Source: Macrostomum hystrix
Lineage: Eukaryota > Animalia > Platyhelminthes
DNA length: 64,000 bases
NCBI GenBank assembly: GCA_950097015.1
Contig: CATNEN010000034.1
Span: forward strand, 4,960,001 to 5,024,000
Direction of reading: 5' to 3'
Part shown: piece by piece, positions 11,046 through 21,748 of the stretch
Layout of the letters: every line of letters starts with the position of its first letter
Numbering within the stretch: position 1 is the stretch's first letter
Translations under genes and position numbers: made by a program
Notes under the pieces: model-generated
The model's input: only the letters and a program-made list of their open reading frames with translations
Database searches by the model: none
What the model was told of the DNA's origin: nothing

Positions 11046-11819
11046 ATGCCGTCTGAGGCTCTGCGCATGCCTTCGCCAACCTCGGCGCGCGTCGACGCTC
11101 TGCTGAGTCGAGTGCCGCTGAACCTGCAGGCGCAGTTCGGCGGCCGCGCTCGCTGTCGTAAGCTGTTGGCCGGCCGGCCTCAATCCGAGTTAGCCGGTTT
11201 CTGGACTCATTTACGGGCGTCTTCTCTAACGACAGCCTCGCAACACGGAAGCCAGTCGTCGTTGTCTACCCCGATACGAGTAGTTACGAAAGCACAGGCA
11301 GTCGATGGTGTGATAGCATCAATAGCACCGTCTAGAGAATTCAGCTGCTACAGAGAGATGAGTCAGCAGTTCAACTGTAACCTTTCGCCAGGCGTCAACT
11401 ACACGACGGCTTGGCGATGCAGCCATAGTCGACAAACGCATTCTGCGATGCCGCCTCCCATGCTGGCCGACGATGTCGTGCGACGTAGGGCATGTCGACA
11501 TCGAGACGCATTCTCTGCCTACAACGAAGCCGTGCATACCGACAGGCTGTTCCATGTTGATTGGCTCTCCTGCCAAGAAGAGCGACGACAGTTGCGCGCT
11601 ATGATAACGCCGCCACCGCCTCGACCACAGCCATCAGCTCCTTCTCCACCGGCAACTCCACCGCTAAAGGAGATCTTTCAGCCACATATGTACGCCCCAA
11701 TGGTTAAAAAACCTGCGGAAAAGCTTAAGCGCGTCACCATTATGGAGCCCCGAGAGTCGTCGTTAATTAGAGCTAACACGATTCAGCAGCCGCCAAGAAA
11801 TGAAAATTATGATTTTTAA
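11046..11819 (+). CDS. Uncharacterised proline-rich protein, single exon, 257 aa
   Basis: Long non-repetitive GC-rich ORF within AT-rich flanks, with AATAAA ~14 bp after the stop. No family recognised. Confidence 0.6.
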   Translation: MPSEALRMPSPTSARVDALLSRVPLNLQAQFGGRARCRKLLAGRPQSELAGFWTHLRASSLTTASQHGSQSSLSTPIRVVTKAQAVDGVIASIAPSREFSCYREMSQQFNCNLSPGVNYTTAWRCSHSRQTHSAMPPPMLADDVVRRRACRHRDAFSAYNEAVHTDRLFHVDWLSCQEERRQLRAMITPPPPRPQPSAPSPPATPPLKEIFQPHMYAPMVKKPAEKLKRVTIMEPRESSLIRANTIQQPPRNENYDF

Positions 11820-12274
11820 TACCAATTAACAGAATAAAAAATATACTAAACCTGGTTTCTGGGCTTTTTATAAAGGATTTCTTTTTACGCGAAACACAAT
11901 TTTAGGCCTTTAAAACCTTCCTCAATTCTTTTCAAAATGAATTCATTTTAAGCTGTTTAATACACCGGAGCTGGGCTTAAGGCAAACAAATTTCGTCTTA
12001 TTGTTTTGGAAATAATATTTTTCATGTTAAAAAAAAGCAATGCGTAAATTGTTAATTTAAGCAAAACAAATATTTTTTGCAGCAACGCGTCCTTTATTAG
12101 GCTTTCTTCACAAATTACCTTACCAACAACAAAGCCTTGAAAGCTAACAATAATTTAAATTGGTTTTTCATTTAACATTGTTATCCAGGCGTGTTCTCTG
12201 ACTCTGATATACTGATATTAAATATATTAGAATTTAGACTATTTGTTATTTCATATTAACTTTTGGTACAGAAA

Positions 12275-15200
12275 ATGTTTGAGGACGAAGAAGACGAAAA
12301 TAACAGTGCTGAGGGAGACAATGAACAACAGGCTGAGGAAAACGAGGAAGGCGAAGAAGGTGAAGAAAAGGAGGGAGAGGAGGAGGAAGAAGCGAAGGTA
12401 GAGGAAGAGGAAGAAGAGGTGAGTTGACAAAATGTATACAATTATATTCGATTAATACTTTTTTCATAAAACACTTTCTTGTTTTCTTTCTTATCGTTTT
12501 TTCGACTACTATCTATATCTATTTTCTGATCAAATATTTATGGTTTAATTTTGTCTAAATTACTTAATTCGTAATTATCATGAAAATATTTCCTTTTAAA
12601 GAAAATATTTTATATATAAATATATATATATATAATGCTTAAATTTGAAATTGTATGACATTTTTATAATCAATAAAGCTGTTACATATAAATGTATTTA
12701 CATTTTCACATTCACATTCATATTCACATTGAAATACATATATTTAATCAAAAGAATATCTTTAAATATTTTTTTCGAATTTGAAAGGGCTTTAATGTCA
12801 CAGCTAGTTATTTAATGAAAAACCTTCATAAAATTAAAAAACTGCAATAAATAAATACTACATTATATCACACTAAATTAACTAAAGATGATGCAATACA
12901 AATAAAAAGGCCTTTCATAAAAGCACTTTTATGACGCTTGTAGGAGTTTCCAGCCAACCCGCTGTCAGAAGAAATGATGCCCGAGTGTATTTCGTTGCTG
13001 TGCAAAATCGGCAGCGGACTGGCGCACGCGTATGTCAAGCTGGACTGCAAGGGCCGGTAAGCCGGGAAAAAATCTTTCAGCGTGGATTACGAAAAGAAAA
13101 TTATTTTTTTATAAATCATTTCCAGGGAGCTGACAAACATTGAACTGCTGAAACGATATGTTCACCTGAGATACGTGGACTTGTCTAATAATCACATCAA
13201 GGACATCTCACCGCTTAGCAATCTCACAGAGCTGCTAACCCTGAAGTGCGAGAACAATGCACTGGTCTCCGGCGAGCTGGCCCAGTTACCTTACCTGCAG
13301 TACCTCAACCTTAACAATAACAAGATTTCCTCCTTTCAAGGCATCAATCATCCGCTGCTGGAGCACCTGTCACTTAACTGTGAGTAGAAATTCGCCAGTG
13401 TGAACTAGTTGGAATCGAGGATTAAGAAATTCCCATCTTATAAAATTTATTTTCAATGGCAAAATTAATTTGTGTTTATCTGTCAGGCAGAGGTTTTTCT
13501 CTGTCAGACAAAGGTGTTTATCTGCTAGACAGAGGTGTTTCCTGTTAGATAGTGATGTCGTGACACCTTAGTCCATCTTCTGTACTAAGTATCGACTTTG
13601 AGGGCTACGTCAGGTATCACCTTTATTTGTTTCATTCTCTCTCCAGTTAACCGCATCAAGTACATCGAAGGCGTGGATCCCAGCATCATGAGCCGGCTGC
13701 ACACCCTCGAACTGCGCGGCAACCAATTAGCCAGCACTGATGGTCTCCACCTGCCAAACCTGAAGAATCTTTTCTTGGTGTGTGAATTTTTTTATTACAG
13801 CGAGAGTGTACACTGCCTGAATCTTATCCTACTTTTGCACCTTTGTGTTCTCATGTGTGCTCAGTGGTCGGCGGAGTGGTGCTTACAGTCCCCTGCGAAT
13901 TATTTTACTACACCTGCCCCAATTAAGCCAGGTGTGCAGCCGACAGCACAGCCGTTCAGTCCATGGACTGAGGGGATGCCACTCACCCTCTATTACCCCA
14001 GCTAATGCTCGAACCCATTTAACAGCTAAGTGAACTGTTAAGTGTATTGTTAAATCGACACAAATTGTTCCATTGGAGTCGGGACTAGAGCTCCCGATGT
14101 TCAAGTCATGAGTCCGAGTCTCTAATCTGTGCAAATCAAATAAAAAACGCGTAGGCTGGCAACAAGATTCGCCAGGTGACCGGCCTGGGCCGCATGGAGA
14201 GTCTGACCACCCTGCACCTGCGCGACAACCAGATTGAATCATTGGACGGCTTTACCGACCAGATGAAGAATTTGCAGTATCTCAACATGCGGTAATTATT
14301 AGAACCTTTTTACTACTTACAGTAGTGACTACATTAGAGAATTAAATAATATATTTCCGAGCTATTTAAAATATGTTTACAGAGGCAACGCAATCAGCTC
14401 GCTGAAGGAGCTGAACAAGCTGAAGTGTCTGCCGATGCTCCGAGCTGTTGTCCTATCTGAGAATCCCATCTCTGAGGACGACGAGTACCGCCTAGAGGTT
14501 CTGACTGTACTGCGAAAAGTCATCCGACTGGACAAGGACGAGTATCAGGACGACGAGCGCGACGAGGCCGAGGCGCGCTACGAGCAGAGGCGCATGGAGG
14601 AGCTCAACAAGGAGCAGCTGGAGGTCAGATCCTCAGTACTTAGATTGTCAGATCCTCAGTACCTAGATTATCAGATCCTCAGTACCTAGATTGTCAGATC
14701 CTCAGTACCTAGATTGTCAGATCCTCAGTACCTAGATTGTCAGATCCTTAAGTGCCTAGATTGTCAGATCCTCAGTACCTAGATTTTCAGATCCTCAGTA
14801 CCTAGATTCACAGATCCTCAGTACCTAGATTCACAGATCCTCAGTACCTAGATTCACAGATCCTCAGTACCTCGATTCACAGATCCTCAGTACCTAGATT
14901 GTCAGATCCTCAGTACCTAGATTGTCAGATCCTTAAGTGCCTAGATTGTCAGATCCTCAGTACCTAGATTGTCAGATCCTTAAGTGCCTAGATTGTCAGA
15001 TCCTCAGTACCTCAATTCACAGATCCTCAGTACCTAGATTGTCAGATCCTCAGTACCTAGATTGTCAGATCCTTAAGTGCCTAGATTGTCAGATCCTCAG
15101 TACCTAGATTGTCAGATCCTTAAGTGCCTAGATTGTCAGATCCTCAGTACCTAGATTGTCAGATCCTTAAGTGCCTAGATTGTCAGATCCTCAGTACCTC

Positions 15201-16258
15201 GATTCACAGATCCTCAGTACCTAGATTGTCAGATCCTTAAGTGCCTAGATTGTCAGATCCTCAGTACCTAGATTGTCAGATCCTTAAGTGCCTAGATTGT
15301 CAGATCCTCAGTACCTAGATTGTCAGATCCTTAAGTGCCTAGATTGTCAGATCCTCAGTACCTCAATTCACAGATCCTCAGTACCTAGATTGTCAGATCC
15401 TCAGTACCTAGATTGTCAGATCCTTAAGTGCCTAGATTGTCAGATCCTCAGTACCTAGATTGTCAGATCCTTAAGTGCCTAGATTGTCAGATCCTCAGTA
15501 CCTAGATTGTCAGATCCTTAAGTGCCTAGATTGTCAGATCCTCAGTACCTCGATTCACAGATCCTCAGTACCTAGATTGTCAGATCCTTAAGTGCCTAGA
15601 TTGTCAGATCCTCAGTACCTAGATTGTCAGATCCTTAAGTGCCTAGATTGTCAGATCCTCAGTACCTCGATTCACAGATCCTCAGTACCTAGATTCACAG
15701 ATCCTCAGTACCTAGATTTTCAGATCCTCAGTACCTAGATTCACAGATCCTCAGTACCTAGATTCACAGATCCTCAGTACCTAGATTGTAAGATCCTCAG
15801 TACCTAGATTCACAGATCCTCAGTACCTAGATTCACAGATCCTCAGTACCTAGATTCACAGATCCTCAGTACCTAGATTCACAGATCCTCAGTACCTAGA
15901 TTGTAAGATCCTCAGTACCTAGATTGTCAGATCCTCAGTACCTAGATTCACAGATCCTCAGTACCTAGATTCACAGATCCTCAGTACCTAGATTCACAGA
16001 TCCTCAGTACCTAGATTCACAGATCCTCAGTACCTAGATTGTCAGATCCTCAGTGCCCCAAATTGTCCGATCCTCAAGTGCCTAAGATTGTCAGATCCTC
16101 AGTACCTGGATTCACAGATCCTCAGTACCTAGATTCACAGATCCTCAGTACCTAGATTGTCAGATCAGATTTCATTAGTTCTTAATATCTTGCAGGAGGA
16201 GAAAGAGGAGGAGGAAGACGCCACTGAGGCAGCAGCAGACGAACCAGTCGAAGAGTGA
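12275..16258 (+). CDS. LRRC23: Leucine-rich repeat protein 23 (axonemal radial-spoke associated), 7 exons, ~360 aa
   Basis: Exons 12275-12418, 12944-13056, 13126-13379, 13647-13777, 14155-14291, 14383-14623 and 16196-16258; all GT-AG, phases consistent, 1083 nt total. Motifs SLLCKIGSGLAHAYVKLD, LRYVDLSNNH, LPYLQ, LHTLELRGNQL and LTTLHLRDNQI match LRRC23. Acidic N- and C-termini. Confidence 0.93.
14624..16165. repeat. 23/24-bp minisatellite (GTCAGATCCTCAGTACCTAGATT and variants) filling LRRC23 intron 6
   Basis: The array starts at the donor GT (14624) and ends ~30 bp before the acceptor (16195). Variant units are interspersed. Confidence 0.95.
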
Positions 16259-16767
16259 AACTACAAGCGCAAAGTATCTTACGGATTCGAACCCATTGCC
16301 GAAGTACAAACTTGGCTAAGATTAAAAAACAGAAGCATATTATTTTGTTTATTTCCTACAACGCTGGTTTGCCAAGTTGTTTTTTTGCGTAGCCTGCGTT
16401 TTGTTTAGTAATAAATTGTTTGTCTCTTAAAAAAGTAGATTTAAAGTAATTAATTTCAGTTTTCGTTGTGCTACCAATAAATGAGATATATACGATGAAA
16501 AAAAAAGAGAAGGATAAATGATATGACACTTAACCGAATTTTTTAACTGAGATTAGTAAATAATGTCCTCTTACCGATATTGTTATTTTAAGAGCTTTAT
16601 TTGTTCAATAAATCACCAAGGATTATTTTTTGCTGAATAATCCACTAGATTGACTAGCCTGGACTGGCCGGATTCCATGCTGGGAATGGATTTTCAGATC
16701 CGCCAAGATTGCTAGACGCTCGTAAGATACCAAAACTCCCCATATGCCCAGATATTCAGATCTTATT

Positions 16768-17190
16768 TGTCCAGGTTGTCAGATCCCAATTGTCCAGGTT
16801 GTCAGATCCCAATTGTCCAGGTTGTCAGATCCCAGTTGCCCAGGTTGTCAAATCCCAATTGTCCAGGTTGTCAGATCCCAATTGTCCAGGTTGTCAAATC
16901 CCAATTGTCCAGGTTGTCAAATCCCAATTGTCCAGGTTATCAGATCCCAATTGTCCAGGTTGTCAAATCCCAATTGTCCAGGTTGTCAAATCCCAATTGT
17001 CCAGGTTGTCGAATCCCAATTGTGCAGGTTGTCAAATCCCAATTGTCCAGGCTGTCAGATCTTAATTGTCCAGGTTGTCAGATCCCAGTTGTCCAGGTTG
17101 TCAGATCCCAATTGTCCAGGTTGTCAAATCCCTATTGTCCATTTTATCGAATCCCAATCGTCCAGGTTATCAAATTCCAATTGCCCAGGT
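16768..17190. repeat. 23-bp minisatellite (GTCAGATCCCAATTGTCCAGGTT), ~18 copies
   Basis: Tandem periodicity; 16/23 identity to the LRRC23 intron unit. Confidence 0.93.
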
Positions 17191-18298
17191 TCTCAAATCC
17201 CATTTGCCCATAGATATTGAAAATTATCCCATAGATTTTCAAACCCCCAAAACTAAAAAATGAATTTAAAAAACGAAATAAGCTGAAGTGTGTAACACAA
17301 ATTTAGTTTTAATAGCAATCAAACTTTGATGATGTATGTAATTATAATTAATTGTCCGTCGCAGACAACAGAAAAAAACACATGGAAGCAAGCTGCGAGA
17401 TGGTAGAGACCGAGAGGGGGGTGAAGCAGATAATCAGGACAGCCATGTGCTGTGCGCTCAACCCAGTACAATGGATTATCGATCGTGCTTAATTCTGAAG
17501 AAAATTAAGTTTAATTTATAACAAAGCACATAGGCATATAAATATGTATATGTATACGAGTGCAGAGTGACAGAGTGCAAGTTCCAGTTAAATAAATATA
17601 TAAGCTAAAAAGCGGTTGAAGAAAAGAAGACACGAGTGAAAAAATGTTCAAACGAAAAAGTGCTAAATGTATTTTGTAGGCATTCCGAATCGTGATGTAA
17701 TGGCGGATAAAGATGCAATGTCTTTAAATTCATTCGCTATAATGTAATTATCTGACTATATAAGCTTTTTTCTTTCAATTCTAGTAACTTGGTTAACAGG
17801 GAAAGTAACTTTAGTTTCTCGATTAAGTTTTGAAGGCTTCGTCATCTTTAAAGGGTGAAAACGAGGCCAATTGTTAGGGTGTAATTTTAAAGAAATTTGT
17901 TATAAAACAAGCGCAATATGAAAAAAAACTAACCGATTAGCAGCATAGTGGCAGGTTTTCACAGAAAAAATTGTTAAAGAAGAAAAAACTTAATAAAAAA
18001 GAATATAGACAGATTGTACTAACAGCACGTACAGTGTTTGGCAAACAAATCAACTATAAGAGCCAGCAACTGATAAAATATTTCACTACTGTACTTACAT
18101 CTTGTTGTACATAGTAGATATTGTTACACAAGCAAGCTATGCTAATAAATTATTGTATAATAACAGAACAAAAAAAACGTCTGTTTAAAATAGCGTCACG
18201 CGATTATATTCATTATTGACACTGGGCAAACGGAATAAGCAAGCAATTATCAATACCGAATCCGTCCAACAGACTGATTCTAATTTTTTATTCTTCTT

Positions 18299-20515
18299 TC
18301 AGGCCAGCGTAGACATAATGTTCTTCAGATTAGCAGTCTTGGTTTTCTGCACCAGCAGGCACAACTTAGTCATCGGAATGCGCTGCTCAGTTAGATGCGG
18401 CAGCGAAATTGGTATTCTATTGTAATCGATCTTGTTCTCGAAGATGCCGGTGCTGTTGGGAATCAGCTCAGATGACAGGTGCACCAGGTAGCCATTGATG
18501 TACAGACAGTTGCTAGCCTGATCCTCGGGCAGTTGAATCACCCGATAGCCGTAAGTGGCCTTCCAGTTGATCTCCTTGATGACCTTCTGGGCGGCTGGAT
18601 TGAGACCGACCGCGATAACATTCGCGCCAGCCATACAGACCAGATCCTTCAGCGAGGTTGTGCCCTTTTTGGCATCCAACTGGGGCACGGTTACTATGGT
18701 TACCGGGTACTCCGGGAAGGTCTTAGCAACGCAAGTGGCGCCGGCCTCGTTAGTGTGAGTTGAGATACCAACGATGATCTCCTTGCCTATAGAGTTTTTA
18801 ATTAAGAAATCTTTTTCACGGGGAAAATAGCGTGCTACTGTCAACAAATTTTTTTATATACTTCTTATGGATGAAGATCTTTTGGGTTGAGAATCGAACT
18901 CCCGACCTCTCAGTCAGAAATTTGTAGGTCTAAAAACCAGACCGGACTATTCTACAATAATCATATGTCCTTGAAATCAGCACACTGCAGTATTTAGTAT
19001 AGCTAGCAAAGAATACCTGGCTGTATTGTTGGCCACACACTTACCAGTGAAGAGGACATCGCTGCCTTCTAGTTGAGCCCCATCAATGGAGATTTCCGCC
19101 ACCTTCATGCCCAGCTGCCGCTTCAGGGTTTGGCGAATGGCACCAACCTGAATTAGGAGAAATGAGCAACTAATTCAAGTTAAACTGCAAGCACAATAAA
19201 AGCAAATTGCTGAAGTAGAGCTATTAGCCTAATGTTCTGCATATATTACTGCTCAGATAAAATTTCAGTGAGATTTAACTACAAATTAAAGTTTAAAATG
19301 AAACCAATATAACTAAAAATTTCTTTAAAAAAGGGATTTTGTTTACAGTAAGTACATGCCCTATATGAGCAAATTAGGTTTACGTGGGTGGTGTCCAATG
19401 TGCTCAAGAATGTCTATCAAATTTAGCAGGCCAATAGATTTCTTTGCATACCTGTGATCAAAGTTTGCTTGACAGGCAAAGACAAAATCAAAGTTTTTAC
19501 TTCAAATTATTCTTTTATATTATAAATAAGAAAAATATTATTAAAAATATATATTATGTTATCTATAAGAAAAACACTTTATTGTAGAGTATGAACAAAA
19601 ATAAAATAAAACTACTTATTGCAAGCTTTCATTTTGGTATACTCAAACTATACACCTTGGGCACTAAAAATGGAGTGCTAGTTGAGAATTTTAATTGAAT
19701 GAATAAAATATATATGCTTGTACATTAAATATGGCACATATTGGTTTGATTATAATAGGCATTTCTATAAAGCACTCATGAAGAATGCCTTGAAAGATCA
19801 TAGAAAGACAAATGAGTTGAAACTGACATAATAACCTATATTTTTTTAATTTAATTCGAGTAATAAATTATAGAAAATTTTCATTCGAGAACTTTTGCAA
19901 GATAATTTTAATTAGCAAAAGCAGAAATTCAGATTTTGGAAAATCTGTTTCTGGACCCTCTCTAACCACAATAGTCATCATGGTTTATACAAATATGATT
20001 AAACATATGCACAATTTAAATACTTTCTGGAAAACTGACATAACTAGGCATTTGATATATAATATATACAGACAGCAAATTTATTTTGCCCTTTTAAATA
20101 CACTTAAGACAAAGCTAGACATAGCTATTTAAACTTACTAAAATTCCAATTCAACATGCAAATTGACCTGCTGTCCTCTGTGTAGGCCTATGTTAAAAAA
20201 TGATAAATAGACTGTAGGCCAAATATGTACCATCTATAAAATCACTTCAGGAAGTCTAACCTCTCCTTGTCGATTTCCATAAGGATTGCACATTAGCGCA
20301 GTATTGTTGATAATGACAGCCGTATCATCAACAAAAGGGCTAGTTGGATGGCGTTCTTCGACGTCAATTTCCAAAACATCCATAAAGCTTTGTCTAAGGA
20401 TTTCGACTAGCGTTTCGTGTTCTGCCCTTGCTGACTCAATGTCGATCTTCGGATATTTCTGTGCAAACGATTGAGGAATCTTCTGCACGATGGCATAGTT
20501 GTACTTAAATGCCAT
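18299..20515 (-). CDS. ddah: Dimethylarginine dimethylaminohydrolase (DDAH) homologue, 3 exons, ~281 aa, catalytic His and Cys not conserved
   Basis: Exons 20515-20261, 19147-19045 and 18786-18299 (846 nt, phases consistent). Motifs FVDDTAVI, LEGSDVLFTGKEIIVG, HTNEAGA, MAGANVIAVG and SNCLYING match the DDAH family. Confidence 0.85.
18884..18952 (-). mobile_element. tRNA-derived SINE head / tRNA pseudogene fragment in DDAH intron 2
   Basis: The - strand reads TAGTCCGGTCTGG (A-box-like) ... TTCTGACTGAGAGGTCGGGAGTTCGATTCTC (B-box/T-arm). The anticodon and acceptor stems do not pair. The same motif is amplified at 44566-44875. Confidence 0.6.
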
Positions 20516-21748
20516 GTTAGCAGATAATTGATAATTAGGAAAAATAAAATTTAGGTATTAAAGGTTAGACAAATCGATAAATCGTAATAATATTGTCTTT
20601 GTATCTACTAAGCGCAATGTCAAATATAATTCGACGGGTCGTGATTCGTGAAGAAGATATCGTTGCATAGTTTTATATAGGAATAATAATGGTTTTAAAT
20701 CTCAAAATGAGTAATACGATAGAGTTAAGCGTTTGTACAGAAGAACCATTTTTGTAATACAAGTATTTTATCAACCAAAATTTACTTTTTTTAATTACAA
20801 AAAACATACTCCTGCTCGAATATGCTTACTACTTTGTTATAAGCGAGATACAAAAGACGCAAAGATTACAAAGTTTCGCAAGTTTTAATTTCATTTTCAA
20901 AGAACTATGCTCATGTTTTTGTCCAGGTTCTTATCACAGCATTGAACGTTATACATTTTTATACATGCATATGCATTACTGCGTAAAAACTTTTTTTAAT
21001 CCTCAAAATGATAGCTATTATGTTTAGCTTACTTGCTAAATAAATTCATACTTTTTATATTGAACTGCTGTTCGTTAATTTTTTCTTTCTGAATGGATTT
21101 AATCAAATGAATATGCTTTAAAGCAAGTTCAGTTAGCAATAATTTGTGATTTTCCAATCGTGTGATACATTTTTAGAAGTATTAAAACGTTCTCAAATGC
21201 AAATTTTGCACCAAATTCCTGCGAACAATGAAATGTGTCTAGAATTAATATTGTTGTTATGCTTTCAGAATAAGACATCTGCATGGTGAGTTTATTAAAA
21301 CCCGTTTAAGAAAACCTGCAAGGACAGATTACGCAAAAATATAACAGATTTGTGGTCATGTGCTCTTTATAATTAAATTTAAAAGATGCTATACACACAA
21401 CGAAAATGGAAAGACGAGTTTATATAGCTTTCACTGTCGAACGAACAATAAACTTTGTGTACTATGTAGAGATACACTGCGACAGCACTCGTACGTTCTC
21501 GATAGCTTGAATATGAGAGTTGGCAGGCAGATTCACATTACATTGTTTGCATGCTATAATGTCAAATCGGGGAATTTGTTCGCGGATCACAATTACATAT
21601 GTACATGCAAAATATCTATACAAAGGTCATTTTTAGGCCCTTACTGAATTCTGGTGATGAAACAAATTGTTATTTTACTTTTAATAAACATATATAAAGA
21701 CGGGTGTACGCCATACAAATTAATAATGCAAATAATTTAGACTCAAAA

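Noticed and set aside
18884-18952. Functional tRNA gene
   Set aside because: A- and B-box-like motifs are present, but the acceptor and anticodon stems cannot be formed.
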